DNA of 64,000 nucleotides from a virus: IMG/VR virus record IMGVR_UViG_3300017991_000003, positions 1 to 64,000 of that record; one strand, 5' to 3'. Shown piece by piece: positions 56,047 to 64,000 of this stretch (position 1 is its first letter; each line of letters starts with the position of its first letter). The notes under the pieces were generated by a model. It saw only the letters and a program-made list of their open reading frames with translations, ran no database searches and was not told where the DNA came from. The position numbers and the translations under genes were made by a program.

Positions 56047-57122
56047 AGCCCTACTGGGAGGACAGTAAGCGGGTGATCGACGCGGAATCTAGCCGGTATC
56101 CCCCTAGTGGTGTCCTCCGTAGGGGTAGTCCGGGTCGGGGTGCGCCAGCGTCTGGTAGCGTATCTACTCACCATATGATGGTGTTCCAGTAGGCAGATCC
56201 CCGAGCTACCTCGGGTATTGGCAAGTTGGGCCATCCGCGTACTGATGCTCCGGGCCCACTGTCTGGCGTAGTACGCATTGGTAGTGTGGCCTAGAGGAGC
56301 ATACGCACTCGGCCACTCCCACCCGATCCAGGAAGCTGCATGGTTGGGCAGCTTGATGCTCACTCGAGGAATATTGCGGGCCTCCTCAGACCAGCGGCGT
56401 CGGTGATAGGAGAGGTCCGTAACACCAATACTCCCATCAGGTACCAACGCGTTCATGAGCTCTCTTGGAGAGTACCACGCAGCGTTGGTTGCATACGCCC
56501 AGGCCGCGTACGGGTGGGCGGCGTAACGAAAGTACCTCCGCAACGCCATCCGCACCCCCTGCTTCGACGCCAGATCACCTGCCCGCACATTTGGTACTCG
56601 AATAGCTGGGATCAACCCGCGAACTTGATCGAGCGGAAATAGCGTGTCAGGCCGGAACAGTACCGGGATTGCCACGCACCACACGCTCAAAGACTTGCAT
56701 GACACTGAGCTGCGCTTGGAGTAGAAGGCATAGATGACGCGCCACTGGAAGTTGGGAAATGTCATCTCCCACGACAGCTTCCCATAGCGCCCGGGAGGGG
56801 ATGTGGGGTCGATGTGAGGCCGCTGCGTGCGGCCTCGGCAGCGGTAGCGTGCGTACATGAGCGACCGATCGTTTGGGCCTGACCACAGCATCTGCATCGC
56901 CGCAGCACGCCGCGCCTCCCACGTCATGCCGGCTGGGTTGTTGTTCAAGAAGCGCGACGCGGCTTCGGTCAGTCGATGATCTGCGACGTCGAAAGGAAAG
57001 CGGTCGGTGAGTGGGTCGAAGTCCCTAGCCGTGGCCGACTTCGTCGCCTGGAACCCGTAGACCGCCGCCCTTAGTCGCCAGGTCTCCGGGGGTCCGATCC
57101 TTGTCTTGAGTGATTTCGGCAT
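56043..57122 (-). CDS. hypothetical Trp/Arg-rich protein
   Basis: ATG at 57122..57120 chosen; track ORF to 57374 would overlap the helicase gene by 350 nt; no motif recognised. Confidence 0.4.
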   Translation of the reverse strand: MPKSLKTRIGPPETWRLRAAVYGFQATKSATARDFDPLTDRFPFDVADHRLTEAASRFLNNNPAGMTWEARRAAAMQMLWSGPNDRSLMYARYRCRGRTQRPHIDPTSPPGRYGKLSWEMTFPNFQWRVIYAFYSKRSSVSCKSLSVWCVAIPVLFRPDTLFPLDQVRGLIPAIRVPNVRAGDLASKQGVRMALRRYFRYAAHPYAAWAYATNAAWYSPRELMNALVPDGSIGVTDLSYHRRRWSEEARNIPRVSIKLPNHAASWIGWEWPSAYAPLGHTTNAYYARQWARSISTRMAQLANTRGSSGICLLEHHHMVSRYATRRWRTPTRTTPTEDTTRGIPARFRVDHPLTVLPVGL

Positions 57123-58971
57123 CCTCGTTCTCCATATTGATGGCTTGAGGTTCAACACCCATCTCCTTGAGGAAAGGGCTGTCGATGTCGTATGTGGTGG
57201 TGTAGAGGTGGTTGATGGCGCGGGTAATCGCCACATAGGCGAGTCTCCGCTCCTCATCCTCACGGCCGTTCTTGTGTGGAATGAGCCCATCACAGAACCC
57301 GGCGATGAAGACAGTGGGGAACTCGAGTCCCTTGGCCCGGTGAATCGTGAGCAGCTGCACACGGGACCGGCCATCTTGGCGAGACTTGCTCTCCTGCTCG
57401 ACGAGATTGACGTGGGTCAGGAACTCCTTGATCGTGCGGAAGCGCGGCAAGGTCTGCATTAGTACCCGAGACACGGCATCCATCATCTCGTCAGGATCCT
57501 TGCGCTGGTTGCGGGCAGCCAGTTCACGAATGAACCCAGCAAAGCCGAGGCTCTGCCAGATGTGGTGGCCGATGTTGGCCGGCGTGTGACCCTCCTTGAC
57601 CAACATGTCCAGGTCCTGGAGGAGCGTACACAGAGATCCCGCGGCCTGCTGTTGCCGGAACCCTCCCCGCGTAGCTGCCATGACTTGCATGACAGATGCG
57701 GCAGAGCCGTCCGACTTGCCCATGCACTCAGCCACCCAGTCCCGACGCAGAAACCGGTTGGGCTTGTTGAGCACCCACCGCAGCGACGTGATGTCGTTCG
57801 GGCGGGCTGCTAGCCGAAGGTAGCTGACCAGGGTGCGGATCTCGGTACGACCGTAGAACCCGCCTTGATCATCGATGACCTCATAGGGGATCTTCCGCAT
57901 GCTGAGCTCATCCTCGAATGCGCCTGACTGGGCGTTCGTTCGATAGAGCACCGCGATGTCAGAGGCCATACCTCCGGCATCAAGGATCTCCTCGATCCGA
58001 TCGGCCGTGTACTGCGCCTCCTCGACAGGATGCTTCACACGGACCGAGGTGATAGCGCCCTCGCCTGTGAGCGTCGGTCGGAGGACCTTGTCCACTCGCA
58101 GGTCGTTGCACTTGATCAGCTGGTTAGCCGCGTCAAGGATCGGCGCCTGAGACCGGAAGTTCTCTTCCATCGAGATGGCAACCCCTCCGTAGATCTCAGG
58201 GAACTCGATGATGAAACGCGGGGAGCATCCCCGGAACCCATACACCGACTGATCATCGTCACCGACGACCACGAGGTTGCCTTTCTCGAGCTTCTTCAGG
58301 ATCTCGGCCTGCGCCGGGTCAGTGTCCTGGAACTCATCGACCAGGATGTGATCCAGTCGATTCTTGAGCACGTCGACCAGTTCCGGGTCATCTCGGAAGA
58401 GCTGCAAGCAGTCGATGATCATGTCATCGAACAGGTACTTCCCGTTCTTCACGATCGACTGATGGAGCGCATGCAGGAGCTCGACATACCCCGGGCCTAG
58501 GTTCATATGCGCGTGAATGCGGTCAGTCATCGCAAGCCACGCGTCGGGGTGAAACCCGTTGAGCTTGAGCAGGCTGATGTCCCGCAGCATGTCGGCAGGG
58601 ACGCCAACGGCGTTCGGGGTTTCTCTGAGCAGCTCCTCGGCCCACTTGATGAGCAACCACTCCTCCCGACCCTCCACGACTTCGCGGTTTTGGTACTGGT
58701 TCGGGCAGCGGCGATTGAGAACCTTGAAGCAGAAGCTGTGGAAGGTGCCAATGAAGCTGCTGGGGGTGAGGGGCACCCCCACACGCTTGTTGAGACTCTC
58801 TGCCGCCTTCTTACTGAAGGTCAGCACCAACTGGCTCTCGCCAGCCTCGGCATGCTTACGAATGCGCTCGACCAGGACGGTCGTCTTGCCGCTGCCGGCC
58901 ACGGCGAAGATAACGAGGTTCGAGCCCTCGTGATCAATCGCCTTCTTCTGCGCCGCTGTGAAGGAGGTCAA
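57025..58971 (-). CDS. UvrD/PcrA/Rep-family SF1 DNA helicase
   Basis: Walker A AVAGSGKTTVL, motif II ILVDEFQDTDPAQ, typical length. Confidence 0.75.
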   Translation of the reverse strand: MTSFTAAQKKAIDHEGSNLVIFAVAGSGKTTVLVERIRKHAEAGESQLVLTFSKKAAESLNKRVGVPLTPSSFIGTFHSFCFKVLNRRCPNQYQNREVVEGREEWLLIKWAEELLRETPNAVGVPADMLRDISLLKLNGFHPDAWLAMTDRIHAHMNLGPGYVELLHALHQSIVKNGKYLFDDMIIDCLQLFRDDPELVDVLKNRLDHILVDEFQDTDPAQAEILKKLEKGNLVVVGDDDQSVYGFRGCSPRFIIEFPEIYGGVAISMEENFRSQAPILDAANQLIKCNDLRVDKVLRPTLTGEGAITSVRVKHPVEEAQYTADRIEEILDAGGMASDIAVLYRTNAQSGAFEDELSMRKIPYEVIDDQGGFYGRTEIRTLVSYLRLAARPNDITSLRWVLNKPNRFLRRDWVAECMGKSDGSAASVMQVMAATRGGFRQQQAAGSLCTLLQDLDMLVKEGHTPANIGHHIWQSLGFAGFIRELAARNQRKDPDEMMDAVSRVLMQTLPRFRTIKEFLTHVNLVEQESKSRQDGRSRVQLLTIHRAKGLEFPTVFIAGFCDGLIPHKNGREDEERRLAYVAITRAINHLYTTTYDIDSPFLKEMGVEPQAINMENEDAEITQDKDRTPGDLATKGGGLRVPGDEVGHG

Positions 58972-59485
58972 AGTCGGACTCCGCGCTCGGGGGGTGAATG
59001 AAGGACTCGAAGTCCACGTTCTCCGGCTCGATGAGCGCTCGGAAGGCGTGGATCTGGCGGATGCGACGCCACGAGACTCCGCCCATCTCGGGGTCGATCG
59101 AGAGGATGAACTCGTCGGGGTCGAACGTCGTCTCGGCCACGAGGCCGTCGACGAAGAGATTGACTGCGTCCTCGATCCGGTTGGGATCGATCTCGATCAC
59201 GTCGGCAGGCTCGGTCGGGCGGGCGATCTGGATGCAGTCGTTGAAGTGGTACATCTCGATCTTGCCTCGATAGACCACACGACCTCCGCTCTGCATGCAG
59301 TTGCGGATGCAGAGCTTGAGCAGGGCCATCGAGACCTCGTGCGCCTGCGTGATACAGGCTCTGGGCTTCTGGGCGAAGTAGGGATTGCGCTTCATGGAAG
59401 GAAACCGAAAGGGGTAGAAGCCGAGGAAATCATCAATGTCCCTAGACACCTCTGCCCAGGCTCGAGTGATTGGATCAACGTCCAT
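58934..59485 (-). CDS. hypothetical protein
   Basis: ATG at 59485..59483 (MDVDPITRAW) gives 11-nt overlap with upstream stop. Confidence 0.45.
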   Translation of the reverse strand: MDVDPITRAWAEVSRDIDDFLGFYPFRFPSMKRNPYFAQKPRACITQAHEVSMALLKLCIRNCMQSGGRVVYRGKIEMYHFNDCIQIARPTEPADVIEIDPNRIEDAVNLFVDGLVAETTFDPDEFILSIDPEMGGVSWRRIRQIHAFRALIEPENVDFESFIHPPSAESDFDLLHSGAEEGD

Positions 59486-60197
59486 AGTCAGGACGTACAC
59501 GCACGATGGTGTTGGCCCCGGTATCGCTGTAGTACAGCATTCCATCCAGACCGTCGCGGTCTGTGAACGGCGGGCCTAGGGACTCGCGCAGCTTGTTGAA
59601 ACAGTCGAGTACCTGCTGATCGACGGGTACGTCGGGCTGCTCATTGACACAGCAGATGACGCGGATGCAGAAGTCCAGCTCGCGACGACGTGGCATGGGC
59701 CCGGCTGCATCTAGGAGCTCTTGGAAGACTGACTGGACCTGCTCGGTAGATACTTGAACGTGTTCTTCACCAGACTTATGACGCATTGAGCTCTCAGGAC
59801 GGGGGTCGGTCCAAGAGTGCGCGCCCTCGATCTGGGCCTTGGTAGGGAAGTCCTGTGGCCCTTCGAAGCGCCAGGCCCGGTCATCGATGTAGAGACGGGC
59901 GATGGGCTTGTGCTTGGGGAAGGTGATGCACTTGAGGCCGCGCGTATGTTCGAGCCCGTACCACATCGGGGGGTTGGCGTGCTTCTTGAGCCAGCGGCGC
60001 ATGGCTCGACGAGCCCGCCAACTCCGGCTGCGCGCCGAGACGATGGCGATGTCGTAGTCTTGGATCATCTTCCAGAGCCACGCGAGAGCGTGATTGATCG
60101 GCTCCCCCTGGACGTCGTGAGCCTTACCCGCAGTGGGGATGTAGCGGTGGATGACGCCGTCGAAGTCGACGCAGAGGTGTTGACGGAACTTCTTCAT
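59475..60197 (-). CDS. HAD-superfamily phosphatase (5'-nucleotidase-like)
   Basis: N-terminal CVDFDGVI motif I (DxDG[TV]); ~240 aa. Confidence 0.45.
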   Translation of the reverse strand: MKKFRQHLCVDFDGVIHRYIPTAGKAHDVQGEPINHALAWLWKMIQDYDIAIVSARSRSWRARRAMRRWLKKHANPPMWYGLEHTRGLKCITFPKHKPIARLYIDDRAWRFEGPQDFPTKAQIEGAHSWTDPRPESSMRHKSGEEHVQVSTEQVQSVFQELLDAAGPMPRRRELDFCIRVICCVNEQPDVPVDQQVLDCFNKLRESLGPPFTDRDGLDGMLYYSDTGANTIVRVRPDYGR

Positions 60198-60427
60198 CGG
60201 CGATGTCTGGTATCCCGCTTGATCTCGCGGAAGTTGGTAGTGACGGCCTTGCCCTGACGGCGGTCAAAGATGTAGGCCAGCGTGCGGTTATCGGTGAAGA
60301 CAGCGAGCGCCCGAGCGGCGCTCACCTGTCTTTTGAAGCTCTCGTGGTACTGGTACCGGTCGTGGGTGCCGTAGAACCAGACCTCGAAGCGGGGGACGCC
60401 CTTTTCAGGGTTCGGGATCCTCGTCAT
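60194..60427 (-). CDS. hypothetical small protein
   Basis: ATG at 60427..60425; start uncertain. Confidence 0.3.
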   Translation of the reverse strand: MTRIPNPEKGVPRFEVWFYGTHDRYQYHESFKRQVSAARALAVFTDNRTLAYIFDRRQGKAVTTNFREIKRDTRHRR

Positions 60428-60953
60428 GATCAGGGGGATGGCAACAGCCGTCACAGCCGTGGATGCCGAAGATGTCAGAGACGTGACCCTGCGCAGCGAA
60501 GAACGCGAGAGCATCGGGATCGGGGTGACCGACGCCGTGCTCGCAGTGCCTCTCGGTCATGCCCGAGGCACGAATGCTCTTGGGCCAGTCCTTCATGTGG
60601 TGATCCGACGGGTTGTGGAAGGGGCAGTGGTGCCCCGCACAAGCGTCCGGCGGGTGTGCCGGGATCGGCTCGGGGTTGTTGGCTAGCCCCAAGGCGGCCA
60701 GATCATCAGCCACGGCGGCGCTGATTACAGCCTCGTGGGCAATCGCGGACCAGTGGCCGATCACGGCTCCGGTGCGGATGTTCGCCCACATTTTCGAGGT
60801 GTATGGCGGGTCAAGATCCTCGATACGTATCCACGTACCCGCTAGACGGCCGGTTGGGATCGTGACCTTATAGCCGGGCTCTGCGTGTTCGATCCGCTTG
60901 ACGATCGGGAGGCCTTCGATCTTCTTCCAGCTGTGCTCTTCTTGATCAGCCAT
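60405..60953 (-). CDS. His/Cys-rich putative metal-binding protein
   Basis: 182 aa; multiple HxH / CxxC-like clusters (GHHCPFH, HCEHGVGH, GCDGCCH). Confidence 0.45.
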   Translation of the reverse strand: MADQEEHSWKKIEGLPIVKRIEHAEPGYKVTIPTGRLAGTWIRIEDLDPPYTSKMWANIRTGAVIGHWSAIAHEAVISAAVADDLAALGLANNPEPIPAHPPDACAGHHCPFHNPSDHHMKDWPKSIRASGMTERHCEHGVGHPDPDALAFFAAQGHVSDIFGIHGCDGCCHPPDHDEDPEP

Positions 60954-61179
60954 CGGCTACATCTCCTTCGACCGTGGGGGTTGTCCAGGCAGCCGCTAGG
61001 TGGTCGCCGGGGATCTCGAGTGTGATGAGCTTCATGTGGCTGCTAGATAGCTCCGCCTCCTCAAGGGCTTGCGCCCAGCCTGTGGGGTTCTCGTCAATCG
61101 TGTACTCATCCCACGCGTCTTTGAGCCAGGCTTCGGACCAGTTGCCGCTGTCCGACAGCCAGATGGTGTGGATCTTCAC
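60946..61179 (-). CDS. hypothetical small protein (77 aa)
   Basis: ORF. Confidence 0.4.
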   Translation of the reverse strand: MKIHTIWLSDSGNWSEAWLKDAWDEYTIDENPTGWAQALEEAELSSSHMKLITLEIPGDHLAAAWTTPTVEGDVADG

Positions 61180-61409
61180 TTGTCGATCTTCTCCAGTAGC
61201 CAGGTAAGCAGCCGACCCAGATCAGGCCTGACTAGGTCGTTGCCGGGGTTCGCCGCGCGCCAGCGCTTGACCGCCTCGGTCATGCGCGTTTCCTGGAGCT
61301 CGAACAACCCCTCGTACTCGCGGACCTCGTTTTTGAGCTTCTTGTTCTCCTCCTCGAGCGCAGCGATCCGCTTGCGAAGCTCGAGAGTATCTCTCCAGGG
61401 TGCTTTCAT
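61176..61409 (-). CDS. small coiled-coil protein
   Basis: ATG at 61409..61407; LELRKRIAALEEENKKLKNEVREYE heptad-like. Confidence 0.4.
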   Translation of the reverse strand: MKAPWRDTLELRKRIAALEEENKKLKNEVREYEGLFELQETRMTEAVKRWRAANPGNDLVRPDLGRLLTWLLEKIDK

Positions 61410-61678
61410 AATCGGTGTGGGGCAAAAAGCGGCGCGGGTCACCAAGTCTACAAACTGATGACACCGCGCCGCTAGGCTTCTCAGGGACTACCTCGGGCCT
61501 CTACGCAAAGCTCTTGTCTTTGAAGGACTTAGACTCGTGGTCGAGTGCGCTTGGATAGCATCAGCGAGTAGATCTGCTAGATGATCCGCACGCTCCTCAG
61601 GGGTAGGTGCTTTACGGGCGCGTAGCTCGCGCTTACGTATCCATCTTTGGCGGCGCCTGTGTCGGCGCTTGCTACTGG

Positions 61679-62083
61679 TCATAGGTATGCGATCTGGAAG
61701 AGGCCTTGAGTACCGCCGTCGATCGGGTTCACGGCTTGCACGCCGATCTCGTCGTCATCCGCTAGATCACGCGTACCCATGAACACACCCGTTGGGGGAT
61801 CAATACTATTCACGGAGAGGCCGACGACCTCGCCCGCCGCTAGGTCCCGATGAGCCTCCAGCTGGTACAGAACGCCCCATCGTTTCGCTCGCCAGATCGG
61901 CCCGGTACGTCGAACGACGGGTTCTGGCTCCTCTTCTTGAAGGTGCTCCTGAAAGTGCTCCCGGATGCGATTCTCGATCTTGCGTACCTGCTTCGAGGTC
62001 CCGAGCTCGCTAGCAGCTGAAAGAGCCTCGAGAAGATCATCCAGACGCTGCATCGGCGTGGGCTCGTCGAGGGGTCTACGCAT
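61679..62083 (-). CDS. hypothetical protein (134 aa)
   Basis: ORF. Confidence 0.45.
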   Translation of the reverse strand: MRRPLDEPTPMQRLDDLLEALSAASELGTSKQVRKIENRIREHFQEHLQEEEPEPVVRRTGPIWRAKRWGVLYQLEAHRDLAAGEVVGLSVNSIDPPTGVFMGTRDLADDDEIGVQAVNPIDGGTQGLFQIAYL

Positions 62084-62441
62084 GACTGGCTAGGAGCTCT
62101 CGCAAGACCTCGTAGTCCTCCCTCCTCATCTGGAGCGATACGTAGCCGCGAGGCCACGGACCACCGCTGGGGCGGGCCAGGGAGTCCAGGAGTTCCCGGA
62201 TTTGCTGGCACTCCTTCGCAGTGTCACGGTGACGAAGCGTGACCGGGACGATCTTGTAGCCCCGCCGAGACGCAGACTGGCGAGACTCTCCCCACTTCTT
62301 CCAGAAGCGGTCCGCCCACTCGCTGCCTAGGTGGTAGGCCACATGCTCGAAGGACTCGCCCCAGGCAGCGTCTTGGCTGTCGGAGACAGTGTCTGGCTCG
62401 ATGGTGCCGTCGGGTAGTTGTAGTGCGTACAGCATGATCAA
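62076..62441 (-). CDS. hypothetical protein (121 aa)
   Basis: ORF, 8-nt overlap with downstream gene. Confidence 0.45.
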   Translation of the reverse strand: MIMLYALQLPDGTIEPDTVSDSQDAAWGESFEHVAYHLGSEWADRFWKKWGESRQSASRRGYKIVPVTLRHRDTAKECQQIRELLDSLARPSGGPWPRGYVSLQMRREDYEVLRELLASHA

Positions 62442-62537
62442 TCCTCGCAGTTGCCCGCGGGTCTGGGGTAGTTGCAGTAGGGGCAGGGGTCGTCATGGCA
62501 GGTCTCCGCCGGCCGATCCAACTCGGCCCCGCACATG

Positions 62538-63044
62538 TCACAGGTCGGTTTCAAGTGACTGATCCAGCTCCGCGAGCTGATCAAGGACCTCGGCGCGGTC
62601 TCGCCACTCATCAGGATGAGGCAGGATGCTCTGGTACGTTTCTAGTAGGCGCTCACCGCGACAGAGCCAGCACCAGTCCTTCTCGCTTTGATGACGCTCA
62701 GGACAGGGGCATGGGAGCTCATCCGGGTCGGCGTAGGCGTTCACACGCTCTTTGATGAACTCGATAAGAGGGGCCACCTCCTCAACACGCACAAGATTGT
62801 GCATCTGCTGATTATCGATCACCGTATGCCAGACCCCGCTCATTCGGGCTCGCTCAGCTTTGAGTCGAACAGCGGCATGAAACTCTTCCCAGGCCGCCGG
62901 ATCCCACCACCACGCAGCATAGACCGGACAGCTGGAGCTGTCGCATCGGACCTTGTGCGGGGTTGATGGGGTTAGCGGCACCTCAGTCGGCGGCTGCTCA
63001 CACAGGGAACAGGAGCACAGCTCTTTAGTCATCATCATCACCAT
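62538..63044 (-). CDS. Cys-rich hypothetical protein
   Basis: CSCSLCEQ, CDSSSC, CPCPERH, CWLC clusters. Confidence 0.45.
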   Translation of the reverse strand: MVMMMTKELCSCSLCEQPPTEVPLTPSTPHKVRCDSSSCPVYAAWWWDPAAWEEFHAAVRLKAERARMSGVWHTVIDNQQMHNLVRVEEVAPLIEFIKERVNAYADPDELPCPCPERHQSEKDWCWLCRGERLLETYQSILPHPDEWRDRAEVLDQLAELDQSLETDL

Positions 63045-63375
63045 CTAGATCGAGGCCGCACTTCCAGCAGATACGAGCGAGCGGATCTTCGGGCGTACCG
63101 ATCGGATCATGGCGTCCAGCAGCGCAGCCGCGGGCTCCGCACTCGGTGCAGATCCACTCACCAAAATCGTCGTCGAACCTCATCGACTCATGAGGGCAGT
63201 TCTCATCCCCACCGCGGGCCTCGTCGATGGCATCAACGATAGCCTCTTGGAGGTCCTCAATAGCAGACACAGTGTGCGCAACCAGGAGTAGATCCGACTT
63301 TACGACGTTGATCAGGTGCTCGATCTTCTTGGTAATCAAGTCCGGGCACTTACGCGCTTTAGAGGTATCACTCAT
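63025..63375 (-). CDS. Zn-ribbon protein with poly-Asp tail
   Basis: CPHES...CTECGARGC...CWKCG; ends DLDGDDDD. Confidence 0.45.
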   Translation of the reverse strand: MSDTSKARKCPDLITKKIEHLINVVKSDLLLVAHTVSAIEDLQEAIVDAIDEARGGDENCPHESMRFDDDFGEWICTECGARGCAAGRHDPIGTPEDPLARICWKCGLDLDGDDDD

Positions 63376-63814
63376 CGCAGTGGTAGGGATTGAGGCGGGC
63401 TAGGGACTCAGCATCGTGCCCGCGTGGGCAGAACTCGAGAGCCCCCGCCAACCAGACATCCGAGAGGTACCCCCGGACCGCGTGCTGGGCCTGCACCAGA
63501 TCGAACTCGATTGTGGTCTCGGGGCACAGCAGGCATGCCGGATCGCCGCATACGCCGGGGTCGGTGAGTAGGCCCGTGCAGATGACACAGCGCTTATCAA
63601 CCGCCGAATCGGCCTCGATGAGCGGAGGGATCTGACCAAGCAGCTCTTCAAGCTCGACGAACCGATCGCCGTCGGAGACATAGGCCTCCCAGTTTTCGGC
63701 ATCATCGCAGAGCCCGGCCTCGGCCTTGGCCTCTTCAACCATGTAGTCGTAGGTGAGCTGCAACTGCTCACGCACGGTTGCAAGATCTAGCTCGTGATGA
63801 TTCTTAGTACTCAT
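63368..63814 (-). CDS. Cys-rich hypothetical protein
   Basis: ATG at 63814..63812 preceded by AGGAGG; track start 63841 is an upstream in-frame ATG. Confidence 0.5.
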   Translation of the reverse strand: MSTKNHHELDLATVREQLQLTYDYMVEEAKAEAGLCDDAENWEAYVSDGDRFVELEELLGQIPPLIEADSAVDKRCVICTGLLTDPGVCGDPACLLCPETTIEFDLVQAQHAVRGYLSDVWLAGALEFCPRGHDAESLARLNPYHCDE

Positions 63815-64000
63815 GCGAACGCCTCCTGGCAGTTGACGCATCTGTTGGTGTTCGGGGGGTTGATGTTGTCACACTGCTCACAGGTCCAGGTGGCGCCGGC
63901 AGGTACTTCCCCCTCAGCCTTGCGGATCTCTTCGATCTCCTTGCGGAAGGCCTCCTCGTCAGCGGCCCACCACTGGCCGGGCGCCTGCCCGTCGAGCTGG
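63811..64000 (-). CDS. 3' end of a CDS with C-terminal RanBP2-type Zn-finger-like motif (partial)
   Basis: Frame reads ...WTCEQCDNINPPNTNRCVNCQEAFA* with TGA overlapping the next ATG (ATGA). Confidence 0.4.
   Translation of the reverse strand, partial: QLDGQAPGQWWAADEEAFRKEIEEIRKAEGEVPAGATWTCEQCDNINPPNTNRCVNCQEAFA

Noticed and set aside
57123-57374. N-terminal 84 codons of track ORF 56043..57374.
   Set aside because: They overlap the 3' end of the UvrD-like gene in another frame; the internal ATG at 57122 is more plausible, though not proven.
1-64000. Looked for CRISPR arrays, rRNA and tRNA genes.
   Set aside because: No regularly spaced direct repeats of CRISPR type and no rRNA-like conserved stretches were seen; tRNAs cannot be excluded without a covariance-model scan, but the few intergenic regions are short and hairpin-like.

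Overview
High-GC (roughly 65% by eye) DNA that reads as part of a large tailed-phage or phage-like genome, arranged as two convergent gene blocks. The + strand block (119..43108) is a tightly packed, translationally coupled virion/morphogenesis operon: giant fibre-like proteins, terminase large subunit, acidic scaffold-like proteins, a putative capsid protein, a PAAR-like spike tip, and putative sheath and tube proteins. Embedded in it is one 2384-codon ORF encoding a fused beta-beta' multisubunit RNA polymerase, interrupted by a LAGLIDADG intein and preceded by a free-standing HNH endonuclease. The - strand block (43175..64000) carries DNA-metabolism and early-type genes: a sigma-70-family factor, RuvC-like resolvase, RecA-like recombinase, UvrD-like and SF2 helicases, PD-(D/E)xK nucleases, a dNMP kinase, a HAD nucleotidase and many small Cys-rich proteins. 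The blocks meet at a strong terminator hairpin (43115..43142). No rRNA, tRNA or CRISPR array was recognised. All functional calls come from motif recognition by eye on the supplied translations; no database search or computation was run, and starts are approximate (ATG/GTG/TTG all occur).
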